Positions 38,701-49,200 of a stretch of 64,000 nt of DNA are shown one piece after another. The notes below the pieces were generated by a model, which saw nothing but the letters and a program-made list of their open reading frames with translations, ran no database searches and had not been told where the DNA came from. The translations under genes were made by a program, and so were the position numbers. Numbering within the stretch: position 1 is the stretch's first letter; each line of letters starts with the position of its first letter. The DNA comes from Macrostomum hystrix (taxonomy: Eukaryota; Animalia; Platyhelminthes): assembly GCA_950097015.1 (NCBI GenBank), contig CATNEN010000025.1, positions 4,216,001 through 4,280,000 on the forward strand. Direction: 5' to 3'.

Positions 38701-39253
38701 CCCTGATGACCATGAGGCGCATAATCCCTGACGATCCATGCACTTTTCAGCTTAATATTTGTGGATCTATTATTAGCTCAAAATCATAATCAGTCATCCT
38801 CAAAAGTGCCAACTTAATCCCGCAGCCATGCTCAGCACCTACGCCGCCCAATGGCCAAAGCTGCTCACAGCTCTTGTGGCTCTAATCGAGCTGCCGCAGG
38901 TTGAGATCGCCGAAGACGAACAACTGGCTGGCGTATTCTCTGCCGATGGTTCGGCCGGCGACCAGCACGCCGGCGGTATCGGCAGCGCCGGGGGCAGCGG
39001 CGGCATCGGCTCTGGCAGCGGCTTCAACCAGCTGGTGTTCGCCGGCAGGCTTCCCGCCTTCGATGTGTCGCTGATTGGCGACTCCAACGTGGCCGCCGCG
39101 TCAGGCGACGCCAAGACCGGCCTGGCGAGGGACCTGCGCGATCTGAGCATGCGCGCCCCCGGCCAGCTGCAGCTGCTGATGCGACAGGCCGATCCACAGG
39201 CCCAACAGTTCCTGCAGCAGTACCTGTCCGCTAATAATATTCAGCTGGCCTAA
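29748..39253 (+). CDS. CSE1L: Exportin-2 / chromosome segregation 1-like
   Basis: Exons 29748-30353, 31120-31604, 31985-32723, 36892-37065, 37366-37924 and 38826-39253, phases 0,2,0,0,1. Motifs SPDPSVRKPSEKHL, DFPERWPGL, KIFYSLNYQDIPEFFEDNM, EE|YIRRDMEGSDLDTRRRAACDLV, NPSKPLFNHYLFE and FLPYTFQ|VLALLLE. Confidence 0.96.
30430..31065. repeat. 21-bp minisatellite TCTCGAATCTATTTCTGTGTT
   Basis: Period 21; CSE1L intron 1; produces the repeat-derived ORFs 30377-31608. Confidence 0.9.
32762..33372. repeat. 28-bp minisatellite GTCATTGGATGGGTCATACACTGAGTCG
   Basis: Period 28; start of CSE1L intron 4. Confidence 0.9.
33960..34452. repeat. 30-bp minisatellite ACTGGGACTGGTTGGACTGTGCCAACACAC
   Basis: Period 30; ~110 bp past the stop of the nested antisense ORF. 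Confidence 0.92.
34566..35135 (-). CDS. Unrecognised intronless protein (~189 aa) with two predicted transmembrane helices, nested antisense in CSE1L intron 4
   Basis: ATG in aaacaATGG context at 35135. The ORF is GC-rich, like neighbouring exons, and sits in AT-rich flanks. Hydrophobic segments LMIFAGVTCLLTGLLYGLI and WLLGTPVLILTAVVIFLAAQLV, followed by a basic stretch and a Q/H/N-rich tail. Confidence 0.65.
   Translation of the reverse strand: MDNDDGALRRLCQQLACLDRLERTPGANDQLRRCLLSLALSAEPSIRAWIYARRLMIFAGVTCLLTGLLYGLIKARDPKLDDVGKLDFQANRHWLLGTPVLILTAVVIFLAAQLVNNYIWLASMRVKRRLKARLEPMMQQQHHQHHWPANINSINSYSIARVAAPNTNNHCGDDNSGGNHGDNHKEVYL
37945..38660. repeat. 16/22-bp composite minisatellite TACCTGACCCTACTCA(+CCTAAT/CCTGAT)
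   Basis: CSE1L last intron. Confidence 0.88.
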
Positions 39254-40134
39254 ATAGGCTTTAAATTGTTCGAGTTGACTGGGCTTCAGTGTCGTCTCAG
39301 CATTTCCCTTAGGTTTATATTTTGATAATTTCATCGCCCCTTATGATCGTCTGTCTTCACATTCAATTTATAATACCGGTAATAAAGCTACTCGAAGTTG
39401 ATTGGCTGTGTGAGTCAAGTCACGTGCGTGCGGGCTGTTCTAAAAATAGCAATAACTAACTGAGTGAGAAATGATTCTCATTGGTTAAGGTGGCTCTATA
39501 GTCAGTTTCGACACGTTTCGGTAGCATTAAGCCTTTGCGCTCCCAGTGACTGTTAAACTTAAATCCGTGTTCTAGCTAGCTTAGTTGTTCTCGCAAAGTG
39601 GTTTTGTCATTGTCCGATTGCTTTTGTTGCATTTCGTATCGGCCCTTAACTAAAAATAAGAAATATTTAAATATTTTTCGATCAGTTTCACACAAAATAC
39701 AACAAGTTTTTCTATAAAATTTAATAGCCTATTTTTCTTTCGCCAATCGAGTGAAAATTAGAAACGAGAAACGAGAAATTTTGTACCAATTATTTTGATC
39801 CACTTTTGAAGGCTCAAGGCTAACGGTGCAGCCAATCAGTCTCCTAGGAGACAAATATATATAAATATATATATCGATTTCTTGGCTAATAAACCAGAAA
39901 CAATTGCAGAATTGGAAGATTTATATATCAACTTAAACATGATCCTTTATCAATAAGCATTAACTCGTAGTCAGCAAGTCACAAGACACAATAGATAATA
40001 AAATGCATCATGATTGATAATGCATAATGAATAATTTAATGCGAGTATAATGCAGAGCACACGATGTGTCGCTGATCGTAATTAAAAAATACGAAAGAAA
40101 AAAAACGAAAAAAAGACAGCCTACAGTGCCCTCT

Positions 40135-41268
40135 CTACTCGCCCTCTTCGAACTCTTCGTCCATAACGTCTTCCGCTGCCTCCGTCGTTCCATTGGCGTC
40201 GTCGACTTCGACTTCGCCATCGCCCTCCGGCGGCAGATCGCTAAGCAGCTGGTCGATTTCGTCGATGACCGGATCGCCTGGCTCAACCAGAGCCCTGGCT
40301 CGCTGCAGGTGATACCGCGCCGCCGAAGCGTTGCTTAACCGACTGTAGGCAAGGCCGAACAGCAGCCACACCTGGGCCACTTCGTCATCCTCCTCCATCA
40401 GCAGGTCCAGCACGTCCAGGCAGGCTTCCAGCTCGCCGAGCTCCAGCAGCATCTCGGCGCACCGCAGTCTCTGCTCGGCGGTGAGGCCGCAGTCGTCCGG
40501 ATCGGCGGCCGCTGTCGAAGCCGCCTCGGCCGACGCGCTGCCAGGATCGTCGATTTCACCCGCTTCGGCTGCCTGACGCCGACGCGGAAGCCAGAGCTCC
40601 AGGCTGCGCCGTAGGTCGGCTAGAGCTTCGTCTGGCCGCTGCTGCACAAGTCGCAGGCTGGCCCGCTGCTGCAAGGCTTCGGCGCTGTCCGGCCGGCTGG
40701 TCAGGGCATTGACAAGCGCGGCTTCGCACTGCGCCTCGGCGTCCGGCCGATCGCACAGGTCGGTCATGAACAGCTCGCAGCGGGCGCACCAGGCCGAGGC
40801 CAGTTCCTGCCCGGCTGAGGCTGACGAAGCGGAGCCAGACGATGCTGCGGTCAGGAGTTCGATGCCCCGATCCAGATAGACTAGCGCAGCCTCGCCGCTG
40901 CTTAGCTGGGCCAGGTAGAGAAACTTGGCGTGCCCGGAGTTCGGAGCTGCGGCTGCGCATTTCAACAGGCAGTCGAGTGCCGAGTCTGGCCTTCCGAGCT
41001 CCAATAGTCGGACGCCGGCCCGTTCGAGTAGCTCGGCGTTGACGACGGCGGAGGTTGTCGACTTCAGGGCGCGCACAGCAGCCTCTGTCAAGGCCAGGGC
41101 GGCGGCCGGATCGCCACTAGCCACAGCAGCCTCAGCGTCCTCCAGCAGCTTGGCTGGACTGGTGTTAGACAGGGGCGGTCGGCGCGACCTGTCCTTGTCG
41201 GAGCGGCTGCGCTTCTGTTGCTGCGCCTTTTTGGTGCGCTGTTTCAGTTTGCTTTTCGCTGGCGGCGC
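40135..41268 (-). CDS. ACL4: TPR-repeat assembly chaperone of ribosomal protein L4 (Acl4-like); main exon, start unresolved
   Basis: A 378-codon (including stop) exon follows the acceptor gtaatttgcag|. It has a Lys-rich N-terminus, TPR-like helices, the motifs GHAKFLYLAQLSSGEAAL, ASAWCARCELFMTDLCD and ALQQRASLRLVQQR, and an acidic tail, recognised as the yeast Acl4 family pattern. Confidence 0.8.
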   Translation of the reverse strand, partial: APPAKSKLKQRTKKAQQQKRSRSDKDRSRRPPLSNTSPAKLLEDAEAAVASGDPAAALALTEAAVRALKSTTSAVVNAELLERAGVRLLELGRPDSALDCLLKCAAAAPNSGHAKFLYLAQLSSGEAALVYLDRGIELLTAASSGSASSASAGQELASAWCARCELFMTDLCDRPDAEAQCEAALVNALTSRPDSAEALQQRASLRLVQQRPDEALADLRRSLELWLPRRRQAAEAGEIDDPGSASAEAASTAAADPDDCGLTAEQRLRCAEMLLELGELEACLDVLDLLMEEDDEVAQVWLLFGLAYSRLSNASAARYHLQRARALVEPGDPVIDEIDQLLSDLPPEGDGEVEVDDANGTTEAAEDVMDEEFEEGE

Positions 41269-42131
41269 CTGCAAATTACAATATCGGTTATTTAAGAAGC
41301 GTTGGAAGCTCTGTGAGAAGCCGTATATCACTGGCTGTGACTTTATATATGATATGCTGCGATGTGCATGGTATTTTCTGAATTGCTGGTCATTGCTTGC
41401 TACTTACTTATACTTATGTTGGCCATTTTAAGTAACTATCGTCGATGCCCAAGCCTTTACATGCCGAAATGCCTACGAATAATTCGATTTTCTGACAAAA
41501 TACACCAATAAACTGGACATATGTGTGGCAAACTTTAATCCAAATTTAAGCGTAAAACATATGCATTCATAGAACTCTTATCTATATATATAAAAGTGAA
41601 AACTCTGTCTGTCTGTCTGTCTGTCTGTGTGCAACCTTTTGTCTTTATAGACGCCGAAACCGCTCAACCAAATCGCACCAAACTTTGCACATACCTAAAA
41701 CCACCTACGCTGAGTGCAATAGGCTACTCAAATTCCCGAAAAATCATTTCCTTCCTGCTCAAAAGGGCAAAAAACTGCTCAAAAATCGTCAAAAAGTCAC
41801 TCAATTCGACATATCGTCGCCCCACTTTGTCAGATTTTCTCCAAATTTGATCCACTTACACTTTACATGTTTTCCAACAATGCTGTCAATTTTGAACATC
41901 TCTACTCAATCCAGAGCAAAGCTGCATAATCTCAAAGTGAGTCACTTTTTGTTTTCCGAGGACAGCCACCCCAACTCCCCTCCGCCACTCTGCGGGCCAA
42001 ATTTTATTACAGCCACCCCCTCCCTTCCCCGGGCGCCGAAGCCCCAGACTGTACATTGTATTTCAATCCGTGAATGTACACAGCCCAAACCCCTAGACTG
42101 TCTACTGGCCCCCAAGCAGCACTGAGACTGA

Positions 42132-43184
42132 GTGCGGTGGCGTCCCAGTGCGCAGCTAGGCTCTCCGGTCGATATTTCTCTCCAGCCAGCCTGGGATAGA
42201 AGAAAGAGAGAGGCTGGCGATCAACTGATGGGTGGTGTCACTCTGCTGCTGTCTGGAGACTTTAGACAGACGCTGCCTGTGATTCCGCGTGGCACTCCTG
42301 CTGATGAGATTAATGCTTGCCTAAAATCATCTCACCTGTGGCCATCGGTTGTGAAGTTGCACCTACGAACAAACATGAGAGCTACAATTCAAGGAGACGA
42401 AACAGCTCATGAGTTCTCTGCCAATCTATTGCGAATCGGCAATGGTCTGCTGGAGATTAGCACCGAGGATGGGCAGTCATCGATCGCTACAATCGGAACC
42501 ATTGTGCAGTCAGTGCAGGAGCTCAAGGCAAAAGTTTACCCGAACCTGATGGTTCGATATGCTGACGTTGACTGGCTGTCAGAGAGGGCAATTCTGTGTC
42601 CTAGAAATGATGCCGCCAACGAAATTAACTACCAACTGCTTCAGGAGTTGCCAGGTGCAGTTTTCACCTACAAGTCAATTGATACAACGTTGACTGATGA
42701 CACCGCTGTGGAGTATCCTGTTGAGTTTCTGAACTCTCTAGATCCTCCTGGAACTCCATCGCACAACTTGCAGCTGAAAGTTGGGGCACCAATTATGCTC
42801 CTCCGCAACCTGAATGCGCCAAGGCTGTGTAACGGCACCAGACTGATAGTCAGGCGGCTCTTCCCACACGTGATTGAGGCCACGATAATGACTGGATCTG
42901 GCAGAGGAGAGTCTGTGTTCGTTCCCCGGATTCCAATTATCCCCACGGACCTGCCATTTCAGTTCAAGCGACTGCAGTTCCCTGTGAGAGTGTGCTTTGC
43001 GATGACTATTAACAAGGCTCAGGGACAGTCGCTGAAGGTGGCTGGCATCAACCTGGAGACTCCTTGCTTCTCGCATGGGCAGCTTTATGTCGCCTGCTCC
43101 CGTGTTGGAACTCCAGCTGGCCTATTCATTTTCGCACCAAGGGGAAGAACGAAGAATGTGGTGTATCCCCAGGCCTTGAGGTGA
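42132..43184 (+). pseudogene. Helitron PIF1-like SF1B helicase, C-terminal half only
   Basis: Motifs LSGDFRQTLPV, ILCPRNDAANEIN, KVGAPIMLLRNL..LCNGTR, FAMTINKAQGQSL and HGQLYVACSRV. No Walker A/B and no Rep/HUH domain in the element; the GTG start is not credible. Confidence 0.85.
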
Positions 43185-43336
43185 CTCGCAAGCAATTAAT
43201 AGAAAAGTAGTCACGAATTGACCTTGACCTGTCTAACTCTGAACTCTGAAACAGTTTAATTTTGTTTCTTTGACATTGTTATTGTTATGCCATGGCTATT
43301 TTCCTTATGTATACGCGTGTACATGCATACTGTATA

Positions 43337-43609
43337 CAGAGGCAGATTTAGGGGGGGGCGGGGGGGCAGTCGCCCCCCTAAATTTTAATCATGGGAATAA
43401 GATGCCCCCACCAGGGGCGCCAGTCGCAGCACTGGCGCCCCTTTTCGGCCGCTGGCGCCCCTTTTTCAGCCGCTGGCTCCCGTTTTTCAGCCGCTGGCGC
43501 CCTTTCTTGGCTCCTGGCGCCCTTTTTCGGCCGCTGGCACCCCCTCTGTGATTCTCATGGCGCTCCCCTGACAGACCGCCCCAAAACAAAATTCCTGGAT
43601 CTGCCACTG
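43337..43609. mobile_element. hAT-type MITE family B nested in Helitron copy 1
   Basis: TIRs CAGAGGCAGATTTAGG / reverse complement CAGTGGCAGATCCAGG (13/16). 8-bp TSD ACTGTATA at 43329-43336 and 43610-43617. Internal GGCGCCC..CAGCCGCT sub-repeats. Confidence 0.85.
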
Positions 43610-45037
43610 ACTGTATAGAGGAGTGGCTAAGAGACATGTTTCTAAAGAAGTAATCAAGAGGGGGCTGTTTGGACAAACTTTTCACTTATTTTTTACTTAA
43701 AACGCCCTTAAACAAACTCTTCACTTCTCATTAATGCAGTAAATAAATAAATGGTGACCTTCACTATAAAGTTAATACAGAGACGTGAATTGCTTACTGC
43801 TTTGCTTTAAATTTCTGCCCCAAAAACAACGGGCAAAAAAAGCTAGTAAGCTACTTAATTTTCAGTTAGTTTTCAGCTTTTAAATAGAAACCTGCACATA
43901 CACGGGTGGAGTTACTATCCAAGAAAAATTCTTTCGTCAATCCAAACATAGAAGGGCCTCTTCTATAGAAAAGAGAAATGTAGTCTATGGAAGATGAGTG
44001 AAAGTGGAAAGAACGAGCTGCTTTCTTATTCGCTGTGCTCCACTGATTAGGACAGCAGGATAGCGAGCCTACCAAGCTGCAGTCGAACTCCTAACCCCAT
44101 TGCATTAGCCGTTGAGTGCAAGGGAGAACCAAATGCATTTTTGAGCAGTAGAAGATTGGCCACTCTAGAATTATCCCAGCCCTATACCAGGTCAGAGTGT
44201 AAGGCGGCCCCGGGAGACGCAGGAGCCCATTGGCAAATCAGCTGAGAGCCGGAAAGAGTCTGAGAAATTGGATAGCGGTGATTCGCCGAAGAAGAGAAAT
44301 CAGTACTGCTGGAGACCTCTGTAAGGACTCAAGATTTTATTTATAAAAGAACATCATCCTTAAGCTCGTAGAAAACCAAAATCAAGCTTACGCGAAAGTC
44401 GCTTAATGTACAGGCTGTAATTGGATTTACATCGAGAAGCTTGTCTATTTCTCTGAGGAGAAGCTGATACGTAGAAGAAGGGTAAGCTAAGAGTGTTCTA
44501 ACTTCAGCTATTGCCTTTGTTTTACAAGACACTAGACTAAACTTGCATGCCTGCCAAAAGTAAAGCTCTTAAATATTGAGACACAAGCCAAATCGAACAG
44601 AAAATGTAAAAATAAGGAAATGCAGCTACCAATGTAGCGACAGAAAGTGAGACTGGATTACTATGTAGAAAGGAAAAGCTTAGTAAGACACAAATGTAAA
44701 TGCTGAACTTATGAGGGAATAACTTATGCCCTTCGTTGGCACACAGTGGAAGAAAGGGGTGAGAGACTGATTGTGAGTGTGCATTGGTATAGCAAAGAAC
44801 AATTTAGCTGAGCACAAAATGCTTGTAGAATCCTTTTAGTCCAGGTCAGAGGAAATCCATGTATAAATCATCGTGTGCGTGAAGTCTCGACGGTAAAGCA
44901 GCATAGCCTTCTAAGTAAATCACTGCTGTGTCTTATCTGTTATTATAGTGACAAAATGACGTCATGACCTTTTAGGCATAAAAATCAACTGGAACATATT
45001 CAGGTTGGATATAAAAAACACGCACGCTACGCAAGCA

Positions 45038-46036
45038 ATGTCCGCTTCCGGACAGAAGAAGTCAAAGAAGGTAACGACAGCAAGACAATCCGATTGCAGA
45101 GACGAGGGCGCTTCAGCATCTGGTAGGTGACACAAGGCAAAGTTAAATATGCTTCTAAAATATCAGGTAACAAATTTAAATTCTTGCTTTATCTGCTTCA
45201 TTCAGCTTCGAAATCATTTAACCGAGTTAATTAAGGAATGCAACTTTAATGCATTAATGCAACTACTAACTACTATGTAGCAACTACTACTAGTTTTATG
45301 GACATAATACCATAAAACTAGTTTTTACATATCTTTCCACAAAGAGACTCGTACCAGTATCTGTTTTTACCACTCCGTTATTGGTTTCTTGTGACAAGAA
45401 TATCTTTACTTCCATGCGTCGGCAAAACTGAAAGTTAGTTAAAACCTAACAAATCAGACTCAAATAAGTTGAAGGTTCCTTTTTTCCTGCTTAACCGCAG
45501 CATCCGATCCTGAGCGCAGACGCGTCCTCATCGGAGTGGATCGCAGTGAGCACAGCGAGCGAGCAGTCATATTCTACGCGGAGCACCTTCGTCAAGACAG
45601 GGACCTGGTCATATTTGTCAACGTGACTGATCCTCCAGAAGTGGCCGTCGGCTTTGGCACAATGGGCAACCTGGCAGCCGAAGTGTACGCCCGTTCAATT
45701 GATCAGACATTGTGCGAAGCCAGGCAGCTGGCGGTCGATGTGCGCGCCCTCTGCGACTCGCTTGGCGTCGGGAGGATCAAATTTCTTGAGCGCATCGCTC
45801 ACGGACCCGGCCCGGCGATTGTCAAGATTGCTAAAGACGAGCGAGTCGACTTTATTGTGATGGGCACGCGTGGCATGGGAGCGATTAAGCGCACCTTTGT
45901 AGGCTCTGTCAGCGACTATGTGCTGCACCACGCGCACAAGCCAGTAATCATTGTGCCACCGCCGCCGACAATTAAGCCACCACATTCGTCGACAGATGCT
46001 AGCAGAAAGAGATCCGAAGGCGCTAAGCATGTGTGA
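45038..46036 (+). CDS. Universal stress protein (UspA domain)
   Basis: Exons 45038-45122 and 45501-46036, phase 1 junction. Motifs RRVLIGVDRSEHSERAV and GPGPAIVKIAKDERVDFIVMGTRGMGAIKRTFVGSVSDYVLHHAHKPVIIVP (G-2x-G-9x-G-S/T nucleotide-binding motif). AATAAA near 46172. Confidence 0.92.
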
Positions 46037-46289
46037 TTTGCGAACTCCAAGACACTCGACACTTGTTGACAAAATATTCCATCGGAACTAGCTGAGTTAC
46101 TTTGAAGAGCCTTTAGTTACATGACCACCGCAATCTATCCGTTAAATTTGAGCTAATAACTTGTTTAATTGAATAAATTGATAATTACTGGAAAAATTTC
46201 TGGAGTATTAGTACTGGATGTTCTTCTTTGGATTCATACTTCTACCCTCTGCGCTTGTTCAGATTGTTTAGCTGATCGCCTCTTCTACC

Positions 46290-49200
46290 AACTGTGATCC
46301 TTCACTGGATAGTTGCTTCTGCCATCTGTGACCATTCACTGGATAGTTGCTTCTGCCATCTGTGACCATTCACTGGATAGTTGCTTCTGCCATCTCTGAC
46401 CATTCACTGGGTAGTTGCTTCTGCCATCTGTGACCATTCACTGGGTAGTTGCTTCTGCCATCTGTGACCATTCACTGGATAGTTGCTTCTGCCATCTCTG
46501 ACCATTCACTGGATAGTTGCTTCTGCCATCTGTGACCATTCACTGGATAGTTGCTTCTGCCATCTGTGATCCTTCACTGGATAGTTGCTTCTGCCATCTG
46601 TGACCATTCACTGGATAGTTGCTTCTGCCATCTCTGACCATTCACTGGATAGTTGCTTCTGCCATCTGTGACCATTCACTGGATAGTTGCTTCTGCCATC
46701 TCTGACCATTCACTGGATAGTTGCTCTGCCATCTGTGACCATTCAATTGATAGTTGTTTCTGCCATCTGTGACCATTCACTGGATAGTTGCTTCTGCCAT
46801 CTGTGACCATTCACTGGATAGTTGCTTCTGCCATCTGTGATCCTTCACTGGATAGTTGCTTCTGCCATCTCTGACCATTCACTGGATAGTTGCTTCTGCC
46901 AACTGTGATCCTTCACTAGATAGTTGCTTCTGCCATCTGTGACCATTCACTGGATAGTTGCTTCTGCCATCTGTGACCATTCACTGGATAGTTGCTTCTG
47001 CCATCTGTGACCATTCACTGGATAGTTGCTTTTGCCATCTGTGACCATTCACTGGATAGTTGCTTCTGCCATCTGTGACCATTCACTGGATAGTTGCTTC
47101 TGCCATCTGTGATCCTTCACTGGATAGTTGCTTCTGCCATCTGTGACCATTCACTGGATAGTTGCTTCTGCCATCTGTGACCATTCACTGGATAGTTGCT
47201 TCTGCCATCTCTGACCATTCACTGGGTAGTTGCTTCTGCCATCTGTGACCATTCACTGGGTAGTTGCTTCTGCCATCTGTGACCATTCACTGGATAGTTG
47301 CTTCTGCCATCTCTGACCATTCACTGGATAGTTGCTTCTGCCATCTGTGACCATTCACTGGATAGTTGCTTCTGCCATCTGTGATCCTTCACTGGATAGT
47401 TGCTTCTGCCATCTGTGACCATTCACTGGATAGTTGCTTCTGCCATCTCTGACCATTCACTGGATAGTTGCTTCTGCCATCTGTGACCATTCACTGGATA
47501 GTTGCTTCTGCCATCTCTGACCATTCACTGGATAGTTGCTCTGCCATCTGTGACCATTCAATTGATAGTTGTTTCTGCCATCTGTGACCATTCACTGGAT
47601 AGTTGCTTCTGCCATCTGTGACCATTCACTGGATAGTTGCTTCTGCCATCTGTGATCCTTCACTGGATAGTTGCTTCTGCCATCTGTGACCATTCACTGG
47701 ATAGTTGCTTCTGCCATCTCTGACCATTCACTGGATAGTTGCTTCTGCCATCTGTGACCATTCACTGGATAGTTGCTTCTGCCATCTCTGACCATTCACT
47801 GGATAGTTGCTCTGCCATCTGTGACCATTCAATTGATAGTTGTTTCTGACATCTGTGACCATTCACTGGATAGTTGCTTCTGCCATCTGTGACCATTCAC
47901 TGGATAGTTGCTTCTGCCATCTCTGACCATTCACTGGATAGTTGCTTCTGCCATCTGTGACCATTCACTGGATAGTTGCTTCTGCCATCTCTGACCATTC
48001 ACTGGGTAGTTGCTTCTGCCATCTGTGACCATTCACTGGATAGTTGCTTCTGCCATCTGTGATCCTTCACTGGATAGTTGCTTCTGCCATCTGTGACCAT
48101 TCACTGGATAGTTGCTTCTGCCATCTCTGACCATTCACTGGATAGTTGCTTCTGCCATCTGTGACCATTCACTGGATAGTTGCTTCTACCAACTGTGATC
48201 CTTCACTGGATAGTTGCTTCTGCCATCTGTGACCATTCACTGGATAGTTGCTTCTGCCATCTGTGACCATTCACTGGATAGTTGCTTCTGCCATCTGTGA
48301 CCATTCACTGGGTAGTTGCTTCTGCCATCTGTGACCATTCACTGGGTAGTTGCTTCTGCCATCTGTGACCATTCACTGGATAGTTGCTTCTGCCATCTGT
48401 GACCATTCACTGGATAGTTGCTTCTGCCATCTGTGACCATTCACTGGATAGTTGCTTCTGCCATCTGTGATCCTTCACTGGATAGTTGCTTCTGCCATCT
48501 GTGACCATTCACTGGATAGTTGCTTCTGCCATCTCTGACCATTCACTGGATAGTTGCTTCTGCCATCTGTGACATTCACTGGATAGTTGCTTCTGCCATC
48601 TCTGACCATTCACTGGATAGTTGCTCTGCCATCTGTGACCATTCAATTGATAGTTGTTTCTGACATCTGTGACCATTCACTGGATAGTTGCTTCTGCCAT
48701 CTGTGACCATTCACTGGATAGTTGCTTCTGCCATCTCTGACCATTCACTGGATAGTTGCTTCTGCCATCTGTGACCATTCACTGGATAGTTGCTTCTGCC
48801 ATCTCTGACCATTCACTGGATAGTTGCTCTGCCATCTGTGACCATTCACTTGATAGTTGTTTCTGCCATCTGTGACCATTCACTGGATAGTTGCTTCTAC
48901 CAACTGTGATCCTTCACTGGATAGTTGCTTCTGCCATCTGTGACCATTCACTGGATAGTTGCTTCTGCCATCTGTGACCATTCACTGGATAGTTGCTTCT
49001 GCCATCTGTGACCATTCACTGGGTAGTTGCTTCTGCCATCTGTGACCATTCACTGGGTAGTTGCTTCTGCCATCTGTGACCATTCACTGGATAGTTGCTT
49101 CTGCCATCTGTGACCATTCACTGGATAGTTGCTTCTGCCATCTGTGACCATTCACTGGATAGTTGCTTCTGCCATCTGTGATCCTTCACTGGATAGTTGC

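Larger units (their letters stand above)
41581..43846 (+). mobile_element. Non-autonomous Helitron (deletion derivative) copy 1
   Basis: 5' TC start (TCTATATATATAAAA, then a (GTCT)n tract). 3' GCCC..GGGC hairpin then CTAG at 43843-43846. Inserted between A and T without TSD. Internal PIF1-family helicase fragment. Confidence 0.9.

Noticed and set aside
40556-41431. Overlapping and antisense ORFs on GC-rich exons (here and at SSX2IP, CSE1L, PTRH2)
   Set aside because: Expected shadows of GC-rich, stop-poor coding sequence.
42132-43184. Cellular PIF1 helicase or autonomous Helitron
   Set aside because: Bounded by Helitron termini, lacks Walker A/B and the Rep domain, and the second copy is frameshifted.
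44341-44532. 63-aa minus-strand ORF as a distant first exon of ACL4 or a TE remnant
   Set aside because: No convincing splice signals or recognisable domain.
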